A stretch of 64,000 bases of DNA. Origin: Salpingoeca rosetta (lineage: Eukaryota; Protista; Choanoflagellata). The translations under genes were made by a program, and so were the position numbers. The stretch covers positions 1,274,329-1,338,328 of the forward strand of contig JAWQFM010000005.1 in assembly GCA_033442325.1 (NCBI GenBank). The letters run 5' to 3'. Below, in pieces: positions 46,434-64,000 of this stretch. Below the pieces are notes generated by a model. It had not been told where the DNA came from. It made no database searches and saw only the letters and a program-made list of their open reading frames with translations. Every line of letters starts with the position of its first letter. Within the stretch, counting starts at the first letter, position 1.

Positions 46434-48321
46434 GCAACCATCCCGCCCTCAGCGCATTCGCGGCGGAGTCGGCGGTCCGAGAACGGACGGAACGGGCGGA
46501 CGAAATCGCAGACGAGCACAGGCAGCAGCGGTGTGGCAGGAGAGAGCCCCGTGAAGGAGGTGTTCTCGCCATCATCAATGGCCAGCGAAGGTGATGATGA
46601 TGATGAGGAGGAGGATGAGGATGTGGAGGAGGAGGAGGAAGCCCGTGGTGTTGATAGTGATGTTGATAACGATGAGGATGAGGAGGATGAGGATGAGGAG
46701 GTGATGCCAGTTGCAAAGCGAGCCAAGACGGCAGCGGTGGCGTTGGGCCAACAGGGCAAAAGCAAGCTGGTGGGGAGCAGCGAAAGCGATGAGGACTATG
46801 ATGACGACGACATGGACGTTGGCAGTGATGGTGGTGAGGATGAGTCTGAGGATGACGGTAGTGACAAAGCGGCTGCAGCTGCAAGGCGTCGGCAGTCTCT
46901 GCGATCGGCAACGCAACGACAACGTATGGCCTGATAAGGGATGGCAGGGCTGGTGGTGGTCATGGTGGTGGCTGGGCCTTTGTTGTAGTCTTGGTGTCGC
47001 TGAGAGGAACAGTGCGGAACTAGTGCTGGTGCTGCCCTGACGCCAATGTCCATGCACATGCAATGCTCACACAACCACACGCTCGCACACACAACCACAC
47101 GCTCGCACACACAACCACACGCTCGCACACACAACCACACCAGGACACGCCGGTGAGCAGGACGACGAAGAACAACAAGGGCTTCGGCGATCGACACGTT
47201 TGTGGAAGCAGCAGCAGCAGCAGCAACAGCAGCAGAAGCAACAGCAGCAGCGACGGCAACGTGCCGATGCTGGCGAGCCAACGTCTGAAGAGAAGAAGAC
47301 AGACCCAAAGGAGGCACGAGCAGCAGAGAGGAAAGGCGGGACAGAGGAGGAAGCAGGTGGCGTGATGGGTTCTGGCGGTGGCCGTGGCAGCTTGCCCAGT
47401 GGCACAGGGAACGTGTTTGCGATGCTCAAGATGCACGCGCCGCTGGCAGTGAAGGAGGAAGCAGCCGTGGACGGGCGAGAGGCGAGCGCACAGGGCGCGG
47501 AGGAGGCGGGTGCTGGGGAGACGAAGCAACGAGACAAGAGGGGGAAGAAAGAGAAGAAGGAAAAGAAGGAGAAGGAGAAGAAGAAAAAGAAGAAGAAAAA
47601 GAAAAAGAAGGAAGGGAAAGACAGGCAAGAGAGCAGAGAGGACAGAAGGGCGCGAAGAGAAAGAGAACGGGCGGAGAAGCGGGCAAGGCGGCAACTTCGA
47701 CGAGAGCTGAAGCAACGCGTGAAGACAGAGCCGATAATGGACTTTGAGGAGCCCGTTACCAGAGAGCGCGAGGAGCCAGCACATGCACCTATCAAGGCAG
47801 AGGAGGTTGTAGAACCCGAGCCACCGGCCGTGACCGAGGAAGCACACGTGCGGCCGAGCCATGCGGCAACAAGCACAACTGCAAGTACGACAGCACTCGC
47901 GTCGCCACCACCACCCGCACCGTCCACTCCAGCAGCAGTACCACCAACCGCAACGCCATTCACTGCAGCAGCAGCAGCATCGGCTGATGGGAATGTGGTG
48001 TCTGGTGTGGCGGGTGCTGCTGCCATGGGCAAAGGCGTGGTGAAGAAAGAGGAACAGGTGACGGAAGATGAAGATGAGGAGGAAGAGGAGGACTTGGTGG
48101 TGGACGATACGGTTGTTCCGTTCCTGCAGCGCACACTGTCGCATGTGGGCCAGGAGGGGCTGGGTAGCGGCGGCCCCAGTGGCAGGGATGCCAGGATGGC
48201 CCAGCGGCTGCAGCCTGCACTGGAATGTGTTCGTCGCCTCACGCAATCCGTCCTCCTCCAACAACCGCCTCTTTCGGCCTCACAGCAGCAGCAGCAGCAG
48301 CAGCAGCAGCGCCGTCAATGA
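43927..48321 (+). CDS. Putative BAH-domain nuclear protein with long acidic and Lys/Arg-rich disordered regions
   Basis: Exons MTGKKARC..; LAEIHSMWYCKKNRMPYAE|VRWYFRPEELEEATG; QLHLSDNVYDEIPLHCCRAAC resemble the BAH consensus (I..mW..VRWfyRPEE..elflS..D.ip...i.gkC). Then an Asp/Glu tract at 46590-46860 and a KKEKKEKKE tract; stop at 48321. The middle exon structure is uncertain. Confidence 0.65.
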
Positions 48322-48557
48322 ATGACGTTTTGTGTTTGTGCGCGCGCCTAATGTGTGTGCGTGTGTGTATGATGTGTATGTGTGCATGTGTGTATGTGTG
48401 TGTATGTGTGCGTGTGTGTGTGTGTGATGTGACAGAGATGCGAGACACAAAGCTGTTGGAGCTGCTCTGCCGCTGGAAACATAATCGACACCATAAATTG
48501 AAAACACAAACAAACCAGCAAAACGACTTTGCTTGCTTGATTGAAACGGCGACCACC

Positions 48558-56316
<7,759 letters not shown>

Positions 56317-56495
56317 CAAGGCCCTTGTGGCAGCACCGTTGTTGCCTTGTGGGAAACAAGGCTTGCGCGTCTATGCCATCCTGTCAGACCAGATCTTCGA
56401 CTGTACAAACATGTCCGTGGTCCACCTTCTTTTCATAACTGACGTGAACGCGCGCGCCACTGTGTGTGTGTATGTGTATGTGTCTGTGCGTGTAA

Positions 56496-56548
<53 letters not shown>

Positions 56549-56967
56549 TGTGTGCCTGTGTGTCTGTGTGCGTGTGTGTGCTCCTGTTTCTCACTGTTTG
56601 TTTGCACCCCATAAAAGCCCCATTCCCTCAACAGCATAATTGTGTGAATTGTGTGACGTCATCGCTGCGTGGCTGGTGGTTCCGCACCGCGATGATGATG
56701 AGCAAACACTGAACACTGGTGTCTTCGTTCCCGCCCCACACAATGAAAGTGATGTGAACGCAAGTGGAGCGTGTGCGAGCGTGCATGTCCACTGACATGT
56801 GGAGACACGCCGCGAGCCCTTTGTTCTTGTGCTAATGTGTGTTACAGAAGCGTTGTGCAGGCGACACTCCAACAGCTCTCCCTCACACATCCTATACTGT
56901 TGCTGTGCTGCCAGGACCCGGCATCCTCGTGAGTGTTGCTGCTTGAGCGCCCGACATCCCTCCCAGG

Positions 56968-58089
56968 ATGCATTCTCGACCTTTGGTGCGGCCATCGCCA
57001 CTGTTGCCGTTTGTGCTGTTGGTGGTGACGCTGCTGCTGAGCAGCATGTGCATCGGGAACAGCGCCGCCCTGCCAGAGACCACCGCCCTGCCAGAGACCA
57101 CCGCTCGGACAACGGCTTCGACCTCGACAACAGCACAGGCCCCTGTCCTGATGCGGCCCTCGCAGCCTGTGCTGCACGACATTCCCAAGTTCGTGTTCAT
57201 CAAGACTCACAAGACAGGCTCGTCGAGCATCTCTATCATGCTGGGGTACGCGATTGAGAAGCGGGGCATGAAGCCGGCCGTGCCGTGCTCACTTGCGTTT
57301 GGCTACCCACACGACTGGCGCTCCTTCACGCACTCGCTGTGTGGCCGCGACAAGCTCAACTTCACGGGCGTCATCAGCCACCTGCGGTGGACGGAGGTCA
57401 CGCGCAACACCCTGCTCCCCGTCATGGGTCCCGAGAAGCCAGTCATCTTCACCATCGCACGCGATCCCATCTCGCGGTTCATCTCGGCGGTGCGCTTCTA
57501 CGGCAACCAGGAGTTCCGCACGCTCACCAACTGGACCGGCACGGCGACGGACGAGTGGATGAGGTTTGCACTGGAGCAGCTGTCGAAGGAGAGCGTGCGC
57601 GAGCAGATTCCCGGGTTCATGCCGCAGTGGCACCTGATCGGCTACGCCTTCGACTTCGGCTTGCAGGACGAGTACGAGCCAGAGCCGACTGAGGCCTTTT
57701 ACAGCGCAGCAAAGAAGTTTATCGACTCCTTGGACTTTGTGCTGCTTTACGAGGAGTGGGACCTGTCCATGGCCATCCTAAAGGAACACCTCAAACTCTC
57801 CCTCCACGACGTCATCTACCCGCACCTCAAGAAGACGGGCCGCTCCCAGGTCGAGCTGTCACCGCAGACGCGCGAGCTCTTCTGCAAGGTCCTGTGGTCG
57901 GACTGCGTGTTGTTTGACCTGATGAAGCAGCGGTTCCGCAACACCATCGACCAACACCTCCTTCGCGAGGCGCGGGCGATTCAAGGCATCAACAAACTCG
58001 CACACGAGCGCGGGGAGGTCCCAGACTTTGAGGACGAACCCAAGTATTACGAGCACTTGCGAGAAACGTTTGGTGGCATAAACCCCTGA
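56968..58089 (+). CDS. Galactose-3-O-sulfotransferase-like Golgi sulfotransferase, intronless, type II membrane
   Basis: N-terminal TM LLPFVLLVVTLLL; Thr/Pro stem; 5'-PSB motif FVFIKTHKTGSSSI; 3'-PB motif FTIARDPISRFISAVRFY; LDFVLLYEEWDLSM. Confidence 0.9.
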   Translation: MHSRPLVRPSPLLPFVLLVVTLLLSSMCIGNSAALPETTALPETTARTTASTSTTAQAPVLMRPSQPVLHDIPKFVFIKTHKTGSSSISIMLGYAIEKRGMKPAVPCSLAFGYPHDWRSFTHSLCGRDKLNFTGVISHLRWTEVTRNTLLPVMGPEKPVIFTIARDPISRFISAVRFYGNQEFRTLTNWTGTATDEWMRFALEQLSKESVREQIPGFMPQWHLIGYAFDFGLQDEYEPEPTEAFYSAAKKFIDSLDFVLLYEEWDLSMAILKEHLKLSLHDVIYPHLKKTGRSQVELSPQTRELFCKVLWSDCVLFDLMKQRFRNTIDQHLLREARAIQGINKLAHERGEVPDFEDEPKYYEHLRETFGGINP

Positions 58090-58512
58090 TGTATGTGTTC
58101 ACATGCAAGCAGGATGATGTTGTAAATGATTGCTATCGATTCGTGTTCGTACATGACATGGCATTACTCCATGCTGCTATTCGCTGAGCAATTGAAACAG
58201 AATGAAAGCATAGTTCAAGTAAAGTACGCAAGCCCTGTCAACACAGTCGCATACAGCACCCACAAGTAAAACACACACACACACATCACATACACGTCAC
58301 ACACGCACACACACACGCGTCACACACACACACACACACACAAAAGTCACGCATACACACGCACACACACACACACAAGTCACGCATACACACACACATA
58401 CAAATACAAGTCACACACACAAGTCACACACACAAGTCACACACACACACGCATACACAAGTCACACACACACGCACACACAAGTCACACGCACATCACA
58501 CATACACACATG

Positions 58513-59492
58513 TCAGCCACACAGTTTGCTGGGATCGCCAGAGCGGCTCAATGCCACTTCGCCGTTCATGCCCTGGTCGTTTGCAGTGAGTGCAAAGTAG
58601 GTGATGAGGTCACGGGCCACGTGGAAATCCAGGCTGGACATGTCAAAGTTCTTGTACTCGCCGTCGAGGAGCGCTAGCTTTGAGAAGCGCTCGCGGTTGT
58701 GGTACACATGCAACATGAGCACGCTGCACACGTCAATCTCGCCCTCAGTGCCAACATCAAACTTTTTCTCCGCCTCAAACTTGACAGGGAACCCGCTGCC
58801 AATCATGTGGTTTGCCGCAATCTGCTGCGAGTACAGCAGCGACACGCCTAGCCACAGGCCCGAGCCCCATTCGCAATCGACGTCCGCTGGCCGCAGCTTG
58901 GGCGGCAGCTTGCAGCCCGTGCCTGGCGCAAAGGTGTACGTGCGCAGCAGTGCGCCCACGGCAACTGTAAGCTCCACGAGGTGTAGCACGCTCTTGGCTG
59001 GCCCATAGAACGTGGACCCGATGTTGCGCAGGTCATGCCACACGAGGCCGGCATCTGCCGCTAGAGTTGCCAGCTTGGCGTCCGCATAGCGCGTGGCGTA
59101 GCCAGCGTTGAGGCTGAGCACCAGCTTCTCGGACCAGTACCCGCGCATCTTGGGTGTGGGCAGCGTGTCGGCATCTGCGCGCAAGAGCTGATCATACTGC
59201 TCCAGCAGTGGCCGCGTCTTCTTGTTGACAAGAACTTCCAAGCTGTGTGTGCATTGGAGGGAGTGGGAAGAGGGCACGTGCCAAGAAGATAAGTGAGAGG
59301 AAAGCGAGTGCAGTGCAGCACATGTGGGGAGCTGGGACGAGCAACACATGCCCATGTGATTTCCAAGTCACCAGGACTATGGTTGTGCATGCATGCATGG
59401 GTGGATGGGTGCATGGATGCAAAACCAAAAGCAGGTACCACCATGGTCTACGCACGGGCACAAACATACACACACCTCTCACCACCACGTAA

Positions 59493-59586
<94 letters not shown>

Positions 59587-59598
59587 GCACACACACGA

Positions 59599-59672
<74 letters not shown>

Positions 59673-61160
59673 ACCGACACCACCACCACCACCACCACCA
59701 CGACGCAATCACACACACCTGTTGAACCAGGCGTCGTATTTGCCTGGCTCACGGGAATTGATACCACGGAAGGGAAACAGCCAGCACACACCATGTCCAT
59801 CTGCGTGGGGAATGGAGGTTTGGGTGTCAAGGCTCTTCATCTCGCAGCCCAAGGACATGAGGGACTCGAAATCGTCGCCGTTGCCCATGATGAGCACATC
59901 CATGCGCTGGTCCGGCTCGTCGAGCTTCAGCATGCGCCACGCCCTCAGCCACCACTTCACCTGCAGCGTTAGCATGCGACTTGGCTCCATGAAGAAGACG
60001 ACTGCACGCCTCCCATCAACGCCCTGCGTTCGTTTTGATGCGCGGGAGTGCGCGCGGTGTGTGAGCTTGCGCGTCTTTGATGCAAGTGTGCGCACGGTGG
60101 CCAGGAGTGGCTTGATCTGCCTCTCTCTGCGCTCCGCCAGCGCAATGAGCTCCTTGTCCCATTGGCGTGGCAGGATGAGCGACCCGTTCACGTCTGTGCG
60201 CAGCATCCACTGGCTGTCCATGTCACGGCACGGCTCCAGCGTGATCTTGGTGTGGTAGTTGTATGTGAGGCAGTTGCCGGTCTCGCGGTGCACGAGGCCC
60301 TTGCCGGGCACGAACTGCCACGTGTCGACCGCGTCCTTTGTGGAGAGGGAGCCTTCCTTCATCACCTTCGCGTTGGCGAAGATGGACGTGCACAGCCGGT
60401 ACACGACCTTGCGTGGCACGCTAGGGTCGATGTGGTCGTCATCCTCGTCTGTGTCAGCCAGGCTGGCGAAGCTGTTTGCAAAGATGCGCTCGTCACTGGC
60501 ATGGAGGCAGTAGTGGCCGACACCCTGCACCTCGAATCCCACGTGCCCCTCTGAGGACAGCGCGAACACCTGATGCCGTGCTGGATCTGCGCTGTTGCAC
60601 TCCTGCATGTCGGGTGCAGAGAGGTGGCTGAGGCACAGGTGCGTCAGCGCTGTGTTGTCGGGCACGAGGGAGATGAACAGCGGCGGCTCCGCCAAGCTGC
60701 GGAACGGCGGGAATGAAGCGACGCCGCCAGAGTACAACAAATTGTGGACGGCCTTGCTCTCGCGAGCAATCGCCGGGTGTTGTGGAAACACCACGCCGCT
60801 GTCATTGCTGGTGTTGGTGTTGGTGTTGGTGTTGCTGGTGTTGCTGTGGCCGCCGTCATTGCTGTTGGTGTTGCCTGCGGCAATGGATTGGTCTTGAGGA
60901 CGTGCAAAGAGGGCAGCACGCCTTCGGGGCGGAGCCAAGTCATTCACGCGGGAGTCCTTTGCATGCATGCGCCCAACAGCAACAGTTCCATCGCCGGGCT
61001 TTTGGGTTTGGCCTCTAGCTGTTGGAAGCGGCTGGGCAGACAGGCCCAGGTTCGCGTTGTGCCTTGGAGTGGGTGCGCCGGAGTGGACGGTGAGCACGAC
61101 CAGCATGCAGGTGACGATAGCTGCTCCGATGGGCAGCAATCGGCGTGGACCGTGGAACAT
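58513..61160 (-). CDS. Type II membrane protein with a ricin-B-like lectin region and a C-terminal DxD-containing domain (putative glycosyltransferase; resembles DUF7164 as recalled); exons 61160-59719 and 59242-58513
   Basis: TM IGAAIVTCMLVVLTV; LCLS..MQEC..HQVF, YCL, WQFVPGKGLVHRETGNCLT..ITLEPC..SQW (QxW-like repeats); YDQLLRADADTLPTP; RNIGSTFYGP; GVSLLYSQQIAANH; LHVYH..FSK. Single GT-AG intron, phase 2. Confidence 0.75.
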
Positions 61161-61245
61161 CGTTCAAGTCGGCTGCGCGCTTAAGGGTGTGTGCGTGTGT
61201 GTGTGTGCGTGTGTGTGTGCGTGTGTGTGTGCGTGTGTGTGAGTG

Positions 61246-61272
61246 AATGAACGTCGTCGTTTGTGTGCTCGG

Positions 61273-61307
<35 letters not shown>

Positions 61308-61349
61308 CGTGTGAAAATGAACGTCGTCGTTTGTGTGCTCGGGTGCGTG
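61246..61349. repeat. 34-bp perfect direct repeat (61246-61279 and 61316-61349) in a divergent intergenic region
   Basis: AATGAACGTCGTCGTTTGTGTGCTCGGGTGCGTG occurs twice, separated by (TG)n. Confidence 0.9.
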
Positions 61350-61701
61350 AGAGAGTGAATGAATGTGCGGTTGGCTGGTTGGGTGTGTGCAAGTCTGCAA
61401 GTTGGCTGGAGGTGGTGCTGTGAATGGTGTGGTGGGAGTCAAGGATGATGACGACGACAATACTGGACACTAACCTGCTTGCTTGCAACACATCTGTTAC
61501 TCGCTCGCACGCACGCACGCATGTGTCCGTGGTTCGCAATCCATGCACCACCAAGCAAGCGAGCAAGCAACCAACAAGCACCGGGCCAAATGCGGACACG
61601 CAAGAGATCTTTGCTTTGTGGTGTTCAGTGGGGTGTACGGTTTGGGTGGACTTTGCGCATTCGCATCACAGCGTATTTTGTGGTGTCGCGTTCGACCCAA
61701 G

Positions 61702-64000
61702 ATGGACAACGCTGCTGTGGGCGGTGGCTCGCTGCTGCCTGTTGTGGCGCAGTCCCACCAACCTGCTGACAGCCAGCGACATGGAGCGACGTGGGCAGAG
61801 ATTGCAGCCCGTGGTGGCAGTGATGGTGGTGATGCGGGGGCATCCTCGTCACTTCAACACAATCGCAAGCACCCGCAACGGCAACACCAACCACAACAGC
61901 AGCAACAGCAGCAACAGCAGCAACGGCAGCGGCATGGAGGTCCCACTGCGCAAGTGAACGCTGATGCAGCAGAAGGAGTGGGCCAGCGGACCTGCGGCAG
62001 CGTCAACCGCAAGGGCGCAGCAATGGCGTGGTTGTTCTTACACTTGCCAGCTGTCGTGGCTACTTGTGCATTGGCTGCTTGTGCGAGTGAGCACCCTGCA
62101 TTTCGCATCGCGCTGTGCGTTCCGCTGCTGGACGGGATCATTGGTGCTCTGGGCGGTGAGCGCGTGACCCTGCATGCACATCTCGATCAGTGGTGCATCG
62201 GCACAAGGTTGGCTGCTGTGCCGCAGTTCCTGCGCCAAGCAGGGACACATGGCCCTGTGGCTGTAGCCAGATCTGGGTGGCCGGCCTACATGCGACCTTG
62301 CACATGCAATGCCATTCTCGCCCTGCTGGCGCTGCTGGTGCACAGCGCGTGTGCGTCTTCCATCGCCGCGCCGTGGCTGACGCAAGCCAGTGCCGCTGCC
62401 GTCCTTGCCTTGACCTCCATTGTGGCGCAACAGCCGAGGCTGCTCGTTCAACTCGAGCAAGGCTATGGCGTTGCTCCGTTGCAGCTCCTGCAAGTGGCGC
62501 CGCTTACATGGCTTGCGTTTCTTGGCTTGAACGCGGCCTGTGCAGCCGTCCATCAGCATCCTTCTGCAACCGCGCCAGCACAGCCGGCGGGGCTGATCTC
62601 GTTTTCATTTACGATTGCCCTCGTGTCCGTCCTCTTGCAGCGCCTCGCCTGCACCAACACCACATCAGCCACGCTCCACACGCAAGCCGATGATGCTGCC
62701 GATTCGTTCACAGGAGCAGCAGCAGCAACAACAGCAGCAGTCACAGTAGCAAAAGCAGCAACAGCAACACCATCAGCATCAGCAGTAGCAACAGGAAAAG
62801 CTGGTGGCACTCGTCGCAGACGCAACGCAAGGCAGCAGACCAGCAGCAACAGTGCTGGTGGTGAGGATTCGGGTGGCAGCCACGCACGCATGCGCATCCA
62901 CGGTCAGCGGCGCCAGCGGTTTGACAACTCCCCGTCGCAGCACCGTGCCGTGTTTACCGATGACGGGCGTGATCTGGAAGGCGCCTGGATCGTGTGGGCG
63001 GATGTTGCCTTCCACTTTGTGCTTGAGGCAGTGGCTGCAGTCACCGCTCTCCTCGATACCACGCAGATTGTCTCAGCGCCGGCAACGCTCGCGTTATTTG
63101 CGCTGTGGACCGTGTGCGTGGCAGCAAGCATGCTGGCCCTTGTTCCGGCACAGCACATACACACGGCAGCCAGCCTCCTACACATGCGTGATCCCCCGAC
63201 GTTGCTCGTCTTGATCCGCTGGTGGTGGTGGCTGGGCACTTCGGCGCTTCTCGTAGCAGCCTGCACGGCACTGCCACAGCTTCTGTGCCACGTGATCACG
63301 CATCCACTCCGGGCTGTTGCATTCGCGCTCGTTGTCGTCCCGCCCCTTATCACATGCACACGGCGAACCAGTGGTGGCGGTGGTGGGGATGGAGGATGCG
63401 GTGGCGACAGAGGTGCTGGCGGTGATGGTGATGATGGTGCTGGCGAGGCTGAGGGGCCGAGTGTGAAGACAGGCCTCTTTGATGACAAGAGCATGCTGGC
63501 AGACGGGCCGTCGCTTCCTTTTGACCGGCACGACATTGAAGCAGCGAACCCCTCGTCCTTGTACGCGCGGGTCGTGGCGTCCATTCATGGTGCAAGGCGC
63601 TGGGTCACACGCGTGCGCGTCTCCTTCAAGACAGCACTGCGGAAGTTTCGCGCACGTGCGTCCGCTGCCATGGCAACGCTGTGCGTGCGTGTTGGCGTGC
63701 CTGCTGCAGCAGCCGCTCGCGGCATCAACGTTGTTGTTGGCGGCCGTGGTGGTGCTGGTGGTGGTGGGAACAACGCCGCAGTGGCGCTGGTGCTGTACAC
63801 GACGGCTGGTGCCGTGTGCACCGTGCACGACACGATTGGAGGGTCGTTGCACGTGCTCTCAGTGGCGGCTTTGGTGTGCGTTGCCATGTGCGCAGTGACA
63901 ATACTGCTAGTGACGTCTCGCCTTCCTACCGCCACCCCGAATGCTGCAGCCGCGACGTGGAGGCGAATGGTGGCGCAGACAACGCGCACAGTGACGGCAG
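61702..64000 (+). CDS. Multipass membrane protein, 5' part; open to the window end; weak resemblance to DMT/SLC35 transporters
   Basis: My translation shows no stop from ATG 61702 to 64000 (766 codons); it is absent from the ORF track because it has no stop. polyQ N-terminus, many hydrophobic segments, and QLEQGYGVAPLQLLQVAPLTWLAFL. Confidence 0.7.
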   Translation, partial: MDNAAVGGGSLLPVVAQSHQPADSQRHGATWAEIAARGGSDGGDAGASSSLQHNRKHPQRQHQPQQQQQQQQQQRQRHGGPTAQVNADAAEGVGQRTCGSVNRKGAAMAWLFLHLPAVVATCALAACASEHPAFRIALCVPLLDGIIGALGGERVTLHAHLDQWCIGTRLAAVPQFLRQAGTHGPVAVARSGWPAYMRPCTCNAILALLALLVHSACASSIAAPWLTQASAAAVLALTSIVAQQPRLLVQLEQGYGVAPLQLLQVAPLTWLAFLGLNAACAAVHQHPSATAPAQPAGLISFSFTIALVSVLLQRLACTNTTSATLHTQADDAADSFTGAAAATTAAVTVAKAATATPSASAVATGKAGGTRRRRNARQQTSSNSAGGEDSGGSHARMRIHGQRRQRFDNSPSQHRAVFTDDGRDLEGAWIVWADVAFHFVLEAVAAVTALLDTTQIVSAPATLALFALWTVCVAASMLALVPAQHIHTAASLLHMRDPPTLLVLIRWWWWLGTSALLVAACTALPQLLCHVITHPLRAVAFALVVVPPLITCTRRTSGGGGGDGGCGGDRGAGGDGDDGAGEAEGPSVKTGLFDDKSMLADGPSLPFDRHDIEAANPSSLYARVVASIHGARRWVTRVRVSFKTALRKFRARASAAMATLCVRVGVPAAAAARGINVVVGGRGGAGGGGNNAAVALVLYTTAGAVCTVHDTIGGSLHVLSVAALVCVAMCAVTILLVTSRLPTATPNAAAATWRRMVAQTTRTVTA

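Noticed and set aside
47065-47140. 20-bp tandem repeat ACAACCACACGCTCGCACAC, and similar duplicated units at about 17505-17615, 39745-39850 and 58340-58490, as CRISPR-like arrays
   Set aside because: No unique spacers and no cas genes, in a eukaryotic intron/UTR context; these are degenerate CA-derived minisatellites.
63664-63677. Near-consensus X-box GCTGCCATGGCAAC
   Set aside because: It lies about 2 kb inside a coding exon (Ala-Ala-Met-Ala-Thr) and is explained by codons.

Overview
Eukaryotic, intron-dense genomic DNA whose introns and UTRs are full of (CA)n/(TG)n microsatellites. Composition and gene set suggest a choanoflagellate, probably Salpingoeca rosetta (inference). Most six-frame ORFs are microsatellite artefacts, so I rebuilt genes by hand from GT-AG exon joins. 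I find 12 protein-coding genes, in order: SDR42E1-like dehydrogenase (3' end); aminoacylase-1; a coiled-coil protein with tandem fibrillar-collagen C-propeptide (COLFI) domains but no Gly-X-Y helix; a type I membrane S41/CPAF-like protease; an LRR receptor TKL kinase; a second secreted EGF/coiled-coil/COLFI-like protein; kinesin-3 KIF1/UNC-104; a BAH-domain protein; KIFAP3; a Gal-3-O-sulfotransferase; a ricin-like + DxD protein; and a multipass membrane ORF running off the end. Three assembly gaps are present. No RNA genes, CRISPR arrays or transposons were recognisable. Best leads: (1) a mirror-arranged four-gene cell-surface cluster at 5.1-29.6 kb, including collagen-less COLFI proteins; (2) an intron-poor, putative Golgi glycan-modification trio at 57-64 kb; (3) a polarity tendency of UG repeats after exons and CA repeats before exons.
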